The notes: a model not told the origin generated them from the letters alone. Positions 37,159 through 53,889 are shown, counted from the whole stretch's first letter. The stretch is 62,245 nucleotides of DNA, filler included, from Pirum gemmata (GCA_002812295.1; 11 parts of 11 records of this genome joined end to end with filler, not necessarily neighbours in it); one strand, 5' to 3'. Numbers and translations are program-made.

Positions 37159-38773
37159 TAGTCTATATATAGGGTTTGATAGCTAAACTATCATACCATT
37201 ATTGGCTAAAACTTTCTTGTGAATTTTAAAGACTTTCATTGGACTTTTCAGATATTTTTCCGTTGAGTATTTTTTGTATTTTTTTTATTTTATTTTATAT
37301 AAATAAATAAAACTGATAAATAAAAAAAAAAAATTTTTTTTTCGTCTGTTACTTTTTTTTAAAATTACTTGCAATCCAACGACTGAGTCCAACGATACTA
37401 GACTGTTATCATATAGCAGTTCTATTTATCATATAGCAGTTCTAAACAGCACTTCTATAGCAATTTTTAGTCTTTTGTTTTGTTATTAAAATATGTTGTT
37501 TGTTGGTTGTGGGTTGTGGGTTGTGGGTTGTTGTTCGTTGGTTCTTGTTCGTTGGTTGTTGTTCGTTGTTCGTTGGTTGTTGGTTGTGGGTTGTGGGTTG
37601 TGGGTTGTAAGTTGTGGGTTGTGGGTTGTGGGTTGTGAGTTGTGGGTTGTTTAAACTTTAAACCCTAACCCTAAGGTCCCTAACCCTAACAGAATCATTT
37701 TTAATAAAAGGTAAACATCCGTCCGTCAGTGGATTAGGCAAAAAAGACGAAACTGTTTTCTTAGGTTTTTTTCAGGAAAATTTCTATTGAAGAGAAAAAA
37801 AAAACAAATATCATTGTCACCAATCCTCCCAATCAGAAGGCCACCCTTGAGCAGTTACACATCTAGTGCTAACAGGTGGGTATCATTGATTAGTTAAAAA
37901 AAAAACGTTAGCCTCTAGTAGTAGTCCATGTGATGTACAAATGAACAAATCATAGCTGGAAAAAGACGAACGCACAGTAAAATAAGGCAAAATAATGCTT
38001 ATTCTCCAATATATTTTCAATATTTTGGCAGAGCGAAAATATTCTGACTAAGTTGTAGATATTATAAATCTAGATATCTAGTAGATATTATTGTCTATTG
38101 TTTCTTCTTATTCTAAATTCATCATTATATTGGTCAATAACTGATTGTAAACAGTCACCAATGACTCACCATCAATTCTAGTCTAGACCAAGGTAGATAG
38201 ACTAGCTTTATCTTCCTAGTTTTAACTTCCTAACTCTTCCTAGCTAGTGGAGTAATAAAATTATAAATAAATATAATATTATTATATCGATATATCTAAG
38301 CTTGCTTTTTTTTTGCTCTGTGACTCAAAGTCATTTATTTAGGCATACAAGCCGTGAAAAAATAAAAAAAATTTTGTTCAATAAAATTTATTAATTATTT
38401 TTATAAAATTTTTAATAAATGGTCGCTGAATCGACAAAGGTAAAAAAGGCCTCGGATTCGATTTTTTTGATGAAAAAAATCATAAAAAATAAAAATCCAA
38501 TGTATCACATATAGACGTTAATATGAGTATTTACATTCTTAAATAGATGTAGATACTCATATTTTAACGTCTATATAATATATATATATAATATATAACG
38601 AAAGCAAAAACAAAAAACAAAAACAAAAAACAAAACCAAAAACCAAAAACCAAAACAAAAACAAAAAACAACCCAAAAAATACAGAATAAAAATCAAAAC
38701 CAAAAACAACTACAACAAAATTTAAATAAACACAAAAAAAAATCAACCACAACAAACTGAATAAAAATCAAAA

Positions 38774-39682
38774 ATGTTTGCAACATTTTCAATTATTTCT
38801 TGTGTGCTTTTCGCAACTACTTCCTTTACCCAAGCTTACGGATCCCCAGTATTGGAACGTCGCTCCGCATCTTTCTTAAAAGCTATGATACCCACTGTTT
38901 TGGAAACAGTTAATAGTTACATCGACAAAAAGTTAGGCCCTTTGGATCCATACAACGCTGAAAATATGAGTATATTAAATACCTCCTTATTCGAGACAAA
39001 CATTGAGCTTACATTGGGGTCAGTTAGCGGTTTTAGCAGTATTAAAATTGTTAATGCTACCATAGAGAAGCTTGATGCTATGGGCTTGGAAGACTCTGTG
39101 TTTTCAGTTGAGATTGAAGCCCATAATATTACTGGGCAGTTAGGTGCAATCACTAAAAACTTTACGGCTACTATTAACGGTGGTGTTGAAAAAATTAACC
39201 TTAAATTGGGTTTGGATGTTCGTTTTTCTTTAGTGGAAATGATGCTTTATTCTGGCAGAATTAGTTCTATTGATTTAGATGTGAGGGGTACTAAGCTTAA
39301 AGTTGGTAATGCCGGTAATTTAACCGATAAAACAAATAATTATTTGGAGAAAAACATTGACAGTCTTATAGATTTCGGTGTTGATTTAATTAACGAACGA
39401 GGACCAAAAATCATAAACAATTATTTGAACAAGAAAGGCGTATTTCCTTTGGATGTTAAAACATTGATGAAATTAGTTAAGAGTGGGGATTTTGATATAA
39501 TGAAATTCATCAAAAGTGGATTTGATATGAAAATGCTGAAAGGAGCTAACGAAGAAAAAGAAAAAGAAGATAAAGAAAAAGAAGCTGAAGAAAAAACAAC
39601 TTTTGAAGAACAAGAACAAGAACAAGAACAAGAACAAGAACAAGAAGTCACTACTACTTCTATGACCGAAGGAACCGATTAA
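38774..39682 (+). CDS. Intronless secreted protein, possible TULIP (BPI/Takeout/group-7 allergen-like) fold, with an acidic tail
   Basis: Signal peptide; N-terminal helix then LDP, LGSVSGFSSI, long alternating beta-strands and a C-terminal amphipathic helix; several NxS/T sites; (EQ)n tail. The ORF is solid, the fold call is tentative. Confidence 0.75.
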   Translation: MFATFSIISCVLFATTSFTQAYGSPVLERRSASFLKAMIPTVLETVNSYIDKKLGPLDPYNAENMSILNTSLFETNIELTLGSVSGFSSIKIVNATIEKLDAMGLEDSVFSVEIEAHNITGQLGAITKNFTATINGGVEKINLKLGLDVRFSLVEMMLYSGRISSIDLDVRGTKLKVGNAGNLTDKTNNYLEKNIDSLIDFGVDLINERGPKIINNYLNKKGVFPLDVKTLMKLVKSGDFDIMKFIKSGFDMKMLKGANEEKEKEDKEKEAEEKTTFEEQEQEQEQEQEQEVTTTSMTEGTD

Positions 39683-42600
39683 TAAGAATAAAATTTCACA
39701 ACTTTTTTTTATAATAAAAAAAAATAAGCAAAATTTATAATAATAGATAAATAAACTTATATATTTTGTCCAAAGAAGAGAAAAGATACAGGGTTAATTA
39801 GAAAGCAGAATAAACTATATACAATTAAAATGTTCACAATACATTTTCATGTTCATAATATAATAATTTCAAAAACTTATTACAATTATTAATCAAAACC
39901 TTATTACAATTAATAATAAGTTGCTTTTTTATGTAATATAAGTCAATACTACATTAAACTTTGTTAGTTTTATATGACATTGTGTAAATACATCTGTTAA
40001 CTTAATACAACAAATTATTCCTGACAATTTATGATGAAATATTTTTTAGGTTTTGACTCCTTATACTACATACTTGAGCTTATAATTATAATTGGTAATA
40101 ACAATAATATTGATAATAATAATAATTGTACACAGCAAACTACACCTGAGATTTAATTATTATATTTTGTTTTGGTTTAACCTCATTTTCATAAGCAAAG
40201 GATTCATAAAGCGTATTGTATTATTATATAATGATAATATATTTATATATTTATAATAATATTAATAATACTAATACTAATACTAATTTAATTAAAAGGT
40301 TCAGGTTTACTTTATTAAATCACTATTGATGATAATTAATATAGTTAGGATTATTGTATAATAATAAAATAAAAATAATAATTACTTTACTTTATTGTTC
40401 ATTAGTGATACAATTAATTTCTTTTTTATTGCCAACTATATTGGTTTGTTATATATTATGTGAGAGTGCACTTGTTATTAAATGTATCACAAATTACTCC
40501 AAAGAATTAATTATTATATTTTGTTTCGTTTTAACTCAATTTAAATTTGTATAAGCAGGAGATTCGCAATTATATATTATCATTATACAGTGATAATATT
40601 CAAAATAATATTAATAATAATAATAATAGCTCAATAATTTTTAAAAGTGTCAGGTTTACTTAATTAATTCACTATTGCTATATATTTCAATGCCCTTTTA
40701 TTTTTTTATTTTTTATTTTTTTCTTAATATTCTATATATATATATATTGTGGTGGTTGGATGTAGTGGTAGTTCAACATTATTCATATGTGCATAATTAA
40801 TTGTATATAGAAATTAATATATTACTCCTCAGAATTTATTATTAGATTTTGTTTTGGTTTAACTACATTTGCATAAGCAAAGGATTCGTAAATCATAGTA
40901 TCATTGTATAATATCCACGACCAAGTAGTTGCACTTCTTTTTATTTTAAGAGGATTACCGGGACTAAAAGAAAGATTAATAACTTGATTAATAACTTGAT
41001 TGTTTTTTTCTGCTTTTTTTACCAAATAGCCTTCTGAATACGACCTTTTTGTTTCGTGTTTGGTTTATTTATTTTAGTTGCTTTTATGTCACCATAATAA
41101 TAATAATAATGANNNNNNNNNNNNNNNNNNNNNNNNNNNNNNNNNNNNNNNNNNNNTTAATTAATTAANNNNNNNNNNNNNNNNNNNNNNNNNNNNNNNN
41201 NNNNNNNNNNNNAAAAAAAAAACATATACATAATTATAAAATTATTACATTATATTATATACTAGAAAATGATTATAATATTATGTATGTGTAATTATAT
41301 TATAAAGCTATAATAATATATAATATACATGGCATTGTATTATAAATTAATTAAAATACACTATAATTTAATGTTATTATTCTTATGATATTAAGAATTA
41401 TATAATGACAATATATCAATAGTTAAATTTGAAAATAATATTATGCTTGTATGAGTGTATGCATACTAGTAATATTAAATAACTACAAAAATTCCATTAT
41501 GATGTACATTATCTAATACTTAAGATTAACCTTAACCCTCTCCCAGATAGCCATTACCTTAACCCTAGCTAAAGTACCCCTAACATTAGCTTTAAAGCTA
41601 ACCTTAGCCCTTACACCATGAACCAACAACATGAATGTTAATGAGAGTGTTAAAATTATAATTAATAGCAGATGTCCAAAATGGCAGAGGAATTTGAGTA
41701 GAAATAAATCCAAGTCTTGGTTGTTTGGGAGTTGTTTTTAAAACATCGATAAATAAAATTTTAATATCTCTTGCTTGCGCTTGTTTCCTTTTTCGCTAGT
41801 AGTTAGCTAGAGTCACTAAACTAACACGGCCACCGTGAAACGGTGAAACTAAGAGCCAAACTCTAGCTAGCTTAGGAGCCAAAGCTAGTTTCATATACTT
41901 GCAGACTAATATTTTTTTTTCAAAAAATTTTATCCTCGTGTAGAAAAATAAAAAATATCAAAAAAGATAGAAGATTATTTATTACTGTTTAGCTAGTACC
42001 ATCGATATTTAGTAGTTAAAAATTATAATTATATAATATACACATTTTACAGGTGGTTATAAATAAATAAATACGATCACCCATAAATTTGGATTTTGAA
42101 ACTATTCTGAAGCACTGTCAGTTTCTGAGTTCTCCAATAGGTCAGGTTTTCAAACTTCTTTGAACAAAATTGTTGCTCAGAGCCACATCCTACCTCTAGG
42201 AGAGAGCCCCAGACTGTCAGAGTTGGACATCAATGGGTAATAGTTAAAAATCTAATTCGAGATATTTCATATCCAAATTGGTATCCAAAAGTTGGTAATT
42301 TAACCTCTGACCAAAACCAGAACCAAAACCAGAACCAAAACAGACCAAATTTAACCTGGTTACCTGGACCAAAAGCACTCAAAAAATTCCTATCATATGA
42401 TAATATCACTATAATATCGTAGCAAAAGATTCAAAAGTAGCAACTGCGGCGGCAAGTTGATTCAAATAATAAAAAAAAAAAGAATGGCACCACCAGCCAA
42501 TTAAAGTCCTTTTAATTTGCCCCACCTTCTGAAGCAGCAAAGTTGCCGAATAAAGTAAACTTTTTTAGCACCAAAAAAGAATCTTCATAAATCCCATCTA

Positions 42601-43472
42601 ATTCTAATAACCCTATTGGCGTTGAGCCAAACAACAGTGTTGCACGTGGTGGGGGTGTGATACAGTGGGTGTAAACAGTTACTTGTGATTTGTTTGGTTA
42701 AAATCAAGTTTGGATTTTGGAAGTCCCATGAATACACTCTAGAATAAACTAGTCTATGAGACCTACTATGATTTAATAGGTATCGTGCTTTATACAATAC
42801 TAACCTAATAACCAACCAAATAAATATTCGGAGTGACAAAATAAATGAAAAGCGCTATAACATTCATAAAGGACGTCACTTATTCTTTGATAGAAATCAT
42901 TGCTCGAAAGTATGACTTTTAAAAACTGTTTTAATTAAAAAGCAGTAATTAATTATTTTAAAATGAACTTAAAAATATTATGACCAAAAGTGTTTTAGAC
43001 AAAGAGGCATAAGTAAGATTATGGTTGATTCCTTAGGACTCCTAGCTTACTCTTAATGTATACATATTATCATTCCCACAAGTAGTTAGTTAGACTTTAG
43101 TTAGCTAGGGTCTAGCTTGTAATTTATTTTTTTTCCTCTGGTTTTAAATTCTGAGACTATTTCTAGCTAGACTGTTTCTTGCCTTGTTCTAAAAATAACA
43201 AGAGTCTACTATCATAGAGTCTAGCTAGACTTATATAATCATCCTTTTCATTTATTTTATCACTCTGAATATTTATTTGGAGGGTTATAATATTTAAATC
43301 GACATTTTTAAATAAATATATAGACAATAAAATATACCAAATTAAGTTAAAAGGATTTATATTGGATTAATTTGTTACTATTTATTGTTTATTTTATGAT
43401 GACAAAACAATGATTTATAAATACAATATATTATAATATGATATTATCTGATATATTATTATATCGTGTTTT

Positions 43473-44107
43473 TCATTAATTTTTATATAATATATAATTA
43501 TTTATTATTAATAAACATATTATTATTGTATTTATCATTTATTTATAATTATTTCCAATAATATTTGCCATTATCAGTATCATGTTTTATTGTCACTATT
43601 ATTTGAAATAGACAATAATAAATCCATTCTCTACTGTGACGATAAATCTGACCCTCTCTGCATAATTATCAAAATTATTACGCTACTCTGAGGAGAAAGA
43701 AAAGAGAAGAACGCAAAATTAATATTATGATAAATAATAATTATAAAACATGTTATTCTGCTTTTCATTTATTTTGTCACTCCAAATATTTATTTTGTTG
43801 GTTATAATATTTAAATTGATATTTTTGAATGAATAAATAGATAATAAAGTATACCAAATTAAATGAAATGGATTTATATTGTATTACTATTTGGTAGTAT
43901 TTGGTACCCTTTTTTGTATATTTTATCATGACAAAAAAACTGAAAAGCACGATAATAGTGACAATAAAACATGATACTGATAATGGCAAATATTNATAAA
44001 ACATGATACTGATAATGGCAAATATTATTGGAAATAATTATAAATAAATGATAAATACAATAATAATGTGTTTAATAAATAATTATATATTATATAAAAA
44101 TTTATGT
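43473..44107. mobile_element. Fold-back element with about 120-bp AT-rich inverted repeats, containing a family A MITE
   Basis: 43480-43600 is reverse-complementary to about 43951-44100 (ATTTGCCATTATCAGTATCATGTTTTATTGTCACTATTAT / ATAATAGTGACAATAAAACATGATACTGATAATGGCAAAT). Confidence 0.7.
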
Positions 44108-44127
44108 ATAATTATGTATAATATATA

Positions 44128-44159
<32 letters not shown>

Positions 44160-44263
44160 TTGTTGTTGTTATATATAACTCATTCAAATTGTACCTAAAA
44201 ACTATATCATATCTACAATACTCCTACAACACATTTAAAACATTGTACTAAACGTATACTATT

Positions 44264-44315
<52 letters not shown>

Positions 44316-44580
44316 TATGACAGTCCATAATTATTATAGAAATAAGAAGACATTACACTAAACGAGTCTGACTCTGAATTCTAAAGTTAACTGTAATAGT
44401 AATATTATTAATAGTAATAACAAGGAGAGGTATTTTTATTTTTATTTTTTGATATAAGATATTTCGAAACTGTCTTGGTCTACATACCTCTTGTGGGTAG
44501 TTGCGGGCCTCAGTACTGCTCAGTACGTCTTTTGAGTAGCTAAGCTGATGTCGATGCAACTCTGTCAATATGTAGTCTAC

Positions 44581-44815
44581 CAGTAGGGGTGAGATGACGT
44601 CATTTTATTATTACGGAACAGCTGCTGGAACTTTTCCGATTTTATGGTTTTTGTTACTATTAATGTTAATATTATTACTTTAACTGGTATTTACTATAAT
44701 TAGATTTACTATTTTAAGCTATTTAACTGCTATTATTAGTAAAGACCACGGAACTAAGGTTGGCTCGATAAGCATCTGTTCGAAAAAAGTTCCAGTAGAT
44801 ATCTCACCCCTACTG
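44581..44815. mobile_element. MITE family D, intact, 15-bp TIR CAGTAGGGGTGAGAT
   Basis: Perfect TIR, with TCTAC directly on both sides (44576-44580 and 44816-44820). Confidence 0.85.
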
Positions 44816-47353
44816 TCTACCTCTACCGTACTGTGCCACTTAATCAGTACCAACTTAAAGATTGAGAGGGCAATTGTAACGGGTACTGTAGCTCTGGCTA
44901 GTGTAGCTCTAGTTAGACTAGCTAGCTAGGTCTAGCTTAGTAGCTAATAGTAATAGGTACAGTCTGAAAGTTGGTCTGGACTAGGATAGCTAGGCCCCGT
45001 GGTCTAGTCTGGATTTTGGACTGGACTCTGGCTACTTTCAAATAATACGTCACGTCAAGGGGTAGGTAGGTAGGTGGTATTTGACAGGAAATCGCCGTGG
45101 AGGGGTAGGTAGGTTGGTGGTATTTGAAGCTGTATTTGACCAGAAATTGGCGTTACGTAGTACCGGTATTTGCATGCTCTAACGCTCTAACTAAAAAGGC
45201 AACACAGCTTTTTTTAATTAAAAAGTTGCCTTTTCTAGTGTTGATTTGTGTTCGAAAATGAAAAAAACCTACATCGAGCCAAAAAAACAAATCCTAATTT
45301 GGAATATATATATATATTTTTGCCATAATTAGAAAGCAAATATCTTTTTTTTTTTTCAGGGGAAAAAATAAGGAAAAAAATCTGGATAGTCTAGATTTAC
45401 TTTTTTTTGCTTTAGTTTGGCTTTTGTGAGCTTGAAGTTATATATAGACTGGCAGCAAAATAATGATAATAATGATAGTATAATGATGCTATGAAGAAAA
45501 CAAAGTTTTTTATAGTCCGCAAAGTCACATGATGCATAAACATAGCATTAGACTAGACTATAGTTAGACTATGCTTTTTTTTTTATAGCAACGTTGCATA
45601 ACACTGCATAACTTATCTGATACATAATACATTGCTCTTAAAGGACTCTGTAAGGAACTGCTTTTAAAATAATAATTATAAGATATGATACTGATAGATC
45701 ACCATACAACCTACTAGCTAGAAGCCTGTAATAATAATAATAATAATAATTTACATAACTATAACAACATACATATAGATATAATATTATTAATATTATT
45801 AATATAGAATTTATATATATTTCATTCTTAATTAATTAATATCAATAAATAATAGACTAGTAGTAGACTCTAGAGCACTAAGAAAAAAATACGTTCACAA
45901 TAATATTTTTTTCTATAATATGATATTATATCGATATAATTAAATAATGTTGATGTATTATATTATATAGAAATGCTGATTTTTTAATTTTAAATTAAAA
46001 TAAAGCTTTTTTTCTTCTTCTGATAATTATAATATTAAAACACCCTAGTAGATAATTATATAAAAAATCCACATAATTTCAAAAAAGTTTGGATGATCTA
46101 ATCTTAATTAAGTATTTAATTATATTATATTTATGATCAAATTTATGTAAAGCTAGCGCTGAATCATGCTTTTCATTTATTTTGTCACTCTGAATATTTA
46201 TTTAGAGGGTTATAATAATATTTAAATTGATATTTTTATATCAATAAAATTTTATAGGTAATAAAATATACCTAATTAAATTAAATGGATTTATATTGTA
46301 TTAAAATTTAATACAATAATAATAATTATAATAATAATTATAATAATAATAATAACAATAATAATAATTATAATAATAATAATAATAACAATAATAANNN
46401 NNNNNNNNNNNNNNNNNNNNNNNNNNNNNNNNNNNNNNNNNTTAATTAATTAANNNNNNNNNNNNNNNNNNNNNNNNNNNNNNNNNNNNNNNNNNNNTGA
46501 GCAGATTCTAGCTAGCGACAATAAAAATAAAAATATAAACATGAAAATAAAAACACAGAAAAGAAAATGAATAAAAAATTCAAATTATTATAAAAACAAT
46601 TAATTCTGGTCAACTAGTAAAAATGAAAATAAAAAACATAGAAAAGATAATGAATAAAAATTCAAATAGTAACAACAATTCTGGTCAACAACATGTTAAC
46701 AGCAACAACAACAATAACAGTAAAAATAATAATAACAATAGTATGAACAACAGCAACAACAACAATAACAGTAATAATAATAATAACAATAGTATGAACA
46801 AGAACAAGAACAAGAACAAGAGCAAGAGCAAGAACGTATACATGAAAAAGTGCGCATGATTTATTTCCCTAGGAAATTCTCGCCATTTCTCCAAGAAAAA
46901 TAATAATTAGAAAAATGATTGTTGGGGTAACGTTCTATTGTTGGCTGTAGTCTAATTATAACTTTTTTGTTTTTAGAGTATCTTCGAAATTTGAATGGCT
47001 AAAAAGCTAAATTTGCTGAACTTGTGGATGTTTTGGTCAAGAAGTGACCGTTAGTGAGGTTAGTGACGTGAAAAATTATTAAATGGTAACCAAATTTGGT
47101 TTAGAGATCCTAGTTTAGGGTTCATCAATCACATCAGAATGATGCTAGACAAGTCTATCCAGCTCTAGTCTACCAGTAGTGATGCTAGCAGGTGTATTAT
47201 TAGGCCACAACTGGTCACTTTTTTTTTTTTTTTTTAATTTATATTTATATAAAAAAAAATTAAAAAAATAAAATCATAGCATTGGCCCAACTTTCCCAGA
47301 GTTTATAGAAAGTTTGAAAACTAGAATTCTGTTGGATAGAAAACATGGTGGTT

Positions 47354-47398
<45 letters not shown>

Positions 47399-47982
47399 NA
47401 CAAAAAAAGGCGAAAATCAGCGAAAATCAGCAAACTTATGAAAAAAAAAAACGCTATGACACACACATAGTGACACATTATCATCAATATAATTATTATG
47501 ATAATATGATAATATGATATATCGCTCTATCATAAAAACTGCTCTCTTGAATATTAAATATCGTGTAGACATAAACAAAAAACTTCTCAAAACTTCCACG
47601 GCCAATTTAGGTGACTGTGAAACTTCACAGAAAAACTTCAAACATGATATTATTATTATCATACTTCAAACACTCTTCAAACGGTCTTCAATCACATGAA
47701 ATTTAATAATGTAATACTGTGTGTGAAAATTTCTAGTCTAGTAAAAAACTTTCCAAAAAAACACAAAGGAGTCGATTTTTTTACGTTTGCCACGTAGGCA
47801 TAGTCTGCTCTAGACAGCCCTATTATACACTGCATATTTTTAATTTATTACTGAAGAACTTTGTAATGTCAATAGCTACAATAGCTATACCTATGAGCAG
47901 TAAAATAAAGTATTGTGAATCGTACATTTCATGCAATGGTTATGGTGGTTATGGTTTTTATATGGTTTTGACCTTAAAGATT

Positions 47983-48092
47983 ATGGTTATGGTTATGGTT
48001 ATGGTTGTGGTTATGGTTATGGTTATGGTTATGGTTATGGTTATGGTTATGGTTATGGTTATGGTTATGGTTATGGTTATGGTTATGGTTAT
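47983..48092. repeat. (GGTTAT)n microsatellite
   Basis: About 18 units. Confidence 0.9.
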
Positions 48093-51000
48093 GTTATTGA
48101 TATTGTTGATATTGTTGATAATATTGTTGATGTTGAGATGTTGTTGATATTGTTGAAAATATTAAAATTGGAAAGATTCGGAAAAAAGATAGAAAGAAGG
48201 TATTTTATACAAACAACTACAAACAAGGCATGGGTCTCGGGAGTGACGTGCTATTTGTAGCAATAAAGTGTGCAATTTTGAAACTTTTTTTTTATTATGG
48301 TTTTGGTATTTGTTTTGGCCTAGCTAACTAGCATTTCACACTCGATTAGATTAGCCTTCTCGATTCTTTTCACGGCGCCATTGGCCTTCTAATGAAGGTA
48401 GTTCTTCTGAAGCTGTGCTTTTTTCTCTCAGGCTTTTTTCTTTTGTTTTTTTCTTTTTTCTTTTGTTTTTTTCTTTTTTCTTTTTTGAGGCCTACTTTAT
48501 TTATTAATATTATTATTAGAAGTTATGTAGAGAAGTTATGGATGTATAATAAACTGATGTTTATTTTCTTTTTCTCTTATCATCTTTTTTTTTTCTCACT
48601 GCTCACTGTCTACACTGATGAGTCGGTGATGAGTCACTGATGACTCTACAGTTTGTAGTAGTCTAGTTGTCCTCTCAATCTTTAATTTGGTACTTTTTAA
48701 GTGTAAAATTGAACTGTTTTATAAAATGTAACATTAAGTATAAAATACCAAATTAATCAAAACATGTCCGATAGTTTAACCATAATAATAATTTGGTAAG
48801 TTCATTTCAGTTTTTGAACTAGACAACACTATTGAAAAACACGATACTAATAAGACAGACCTCTATGATAAGATTATGCTTTTGGGATTCACCTGAATTT
48901 TTAGTTTTCAAACATAAGTAGTGTAATATAGGTGTCATATTATTATAAAATAGATTTGAAATTTTCGAACATTGAAAAAAAAAAAGTTGGACTTTTATAA
49001 TATTAGCACTTTTCATTTATTTTGTCACTCCGAATATTTATTTGGTTGGTTATAATTTTTTAATTGACATTGTTAAAAATGAATAAATGAATAATAAAAC
49101 ATACCAAATTAAATGAAATGGATTTATATTGTATTAATTTGGTACTNNNNNNNNNNNNNNNNNNNNNNNNNNNNNNNNNNNNNNNNNNNNNNNNNNNNNN
49201 NNNNNNNNNNNNNNNNNNNNNNNNNNNNNNNNNNNNNNNNNNNNNNNNNNNNNNNNNNNNNNNNNNNNNNNNNNNNNNNNNNNNNNNNNNNNNNNNNNNN
49301 NNNNNNNNTTATAATTTTTTAATTGACATTGTTAAAAATGAATAAATGAATAATAAAATATACCAAATTAAATGAAATGGATTTATATTGTATTAATTTG
49401 GTACTATTTATTGTATATTTTATGAGGGCAAAATAACTGAAAAGCAAAACAATATCATCATCAAATAGTCTATAGAGAGATTAGTTACACAGCAAGCAAA
49501 TCAATAGTAAAACGTCCTACTTTTTTTACTACTATTGTTTGTGCTTTTCATTTATTTATTTTGTACGATATATCGCTAGTCTATATATCGTAGGTTTTTC
49601 TCTGGAGTAGACTAGCTAGTACCCTTAGTAGTAGTCTTAGTATTAGTAGACCCATGGCCATATTATCACAACACCCAAAAACAAAGGATATCAACATGAT
49701 TAAAAAAAACTATGATTAATCTCTTTTAATTAAAACAAGGAGAAACGCCAACCTTATCAAAAAATTTCAACACATCTTCCCATGCAACACAAATAACAAT
49801 CACAAGATTCACAACACATCTTGCTGGTCACATTACTTCCTCAGCAACTACAACTTAACTCACAAACCAATCAACAATAAATTATATTATTATACCAACA
49901 TATATATAAGTCATACAATAGAAACCCCACAAAACATGATCCCAATACAATACACCACAGAACGATTATTTTTTAAAAAACTAGCATACAACCATCAAAA
50001 TAGCAACAATAACGAGTTTTACGATATAAAACAGAATACCTTCATTAACCTGGTAAAACAACAACAATATAAAAATATAGACTATATGTAAAAAAGAAAC
50101 AACAAAAACATTTTAATAGAAATATATGCTCGAACTTCAAAGTCCAAACCAATAGTAATGCCTCCAAATACTAGTACTGGTAGTTGGAATCTACAAATGA
50201 TTATGACATGTACAGTATTAATAGTATATAAACCACATAGAAGAAAACCTCAAAACAAAAACCTTTAACGATAACAACGTTAACCTAAACAACCTTTGGA
50301 ATATAAAAAAAAAATGAATGGAAAGAGATAATATTACAAATAGAAGAATCAATACAAAAAAACTACCAAAAATTCTAAAAAGTCACATAATAAAATATAC
50401 AATAAAGAGTACCAAATTAACACTATATAAATTCATTTCGTTTAATTTGGTATATTATAGTATTTATTTATTTATTTAAAAATGTCAATTTGAATATTAT
50501 AACCAACCAAATAAATATTCAGAATGACAAAATAAATGAAAAGCACAATAATATAGTCTATTAAAACTAACCCAAAGAAAACCAACAAGAGGACGTCGAA
50601 ACCCCAGCCTTTTCAATGTTCCAAAAAATTTCCACCAGAAATCCAACTAAAAATCTTTGAACATAGACAAATAGACTATCCTGCTTTGCAATTATTTTCT
50701 GACTTAGATTATTTATTTAGTACTTAAACTATATAAAAGTGTTTATTTTAAATTGAAATACAAATTATTAAACACGCCAAGTTAATTAAATTGTATCAAA
50801 TAAATGTGATATAGTATTACATAATTATAAGTCCGAATATAGATGATAACTCCAACGACTCCAACAGTATCAACAATATCCACAACAACGCACAAAGTTT
50901 AAAAACCAATATTTCTATAATATATAATCTATGATGAGCAATAATTATTGTATTGATCTTTTTTATTGTGGAACAACGTCTACAACGTTAACGCACAAAG

Positions 51001-51799
51001 TTTAAAAACCAATATTTCTACAACAAAAGAACAATATATTAATACAATTGCTCATCATAGACTATATGGGAATATAGGTGATAGGGCCATATTCAGTCCA
51101 GCATGAATAAATAACGGCAAAGGTGTAACTCATTTTGAAAAGTACAACAAGTCAAAAAAACCAACTGATAATCAAATATATTAACATACTTATACCAAAG
51201 TATTATGAAACAAATCAACGTATATATCAGTTTTTTTAAAAAATAATAATAATATCATATTTATGCTATACTATGCATGATCTACACGTTTACAATAGTC
51301 TATGGCTAGTCGCACATATCGTTTATTTTATTACAGTAATTGATAACATATATGTGGGAGTGGTAATATTTATGTGGGAGCGTATATATATATTATAGTT
51401 TTTTGTAGACTAACAAAGCAAAGATTGTAAGCAAATCGCTCCTGTGCTACAATAACTCTTTCTTTCCCGTTAATAATAAAGTATCCTCCTCAGAAATACA
51501 GACTCCCACATAAAGTAAAACAGAAAGTAAAAAATAAATAATATTATATATTACGTTATGTTGACTTTAATTAACGGACTGTTTTGTTGATAGAACAAAA
51601 CAAAAATAAGTAATAACAAGTAATAATAAGTAATAATAAGTAATAAGTAATAACAAACGTATATAAAATAAGAAATAATACTAATAATACTAATACTANN
51701 NNNNNNNNNNNNNNNNNNNNNNNNNNNNNNNNNNNNNNNNNNTTAATTAATTAANNNNNNNNNNNNNNNNNNNNNNNNNNNNNNNNNNNNNNNNNNNNA

Positions 51800-53884
<2,085 letters not shown>

Positions 53885-53889
53885 ATAAC

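Noticed and set aside
22696..39682. Apparent cluster of secreted proteins (orphan, M66 protease, LPMO, TULIP-like) as an effector island
   Set aside because: Each gene lies on a different contig joined by artificial linkers, so the adjacency is not biological.
44992..45030. tRNA-like 5' end (GGCCCCGTGGTCTAGT), and similarly at about 17142
   Set aside because: No anticodon arm, T-arm or acceptor stem could be formed.
47931..48260. Gly-Tyr repeat structural protein
   Set aside because: Explained by a pure (GGTTAT)n tract, with no codon variation or convincing gene structure.
48612..48650. CTGATGA repeats as a hammerhead ribozyme core
   Set aside because: No correctly placed GAAA or stems I and III.
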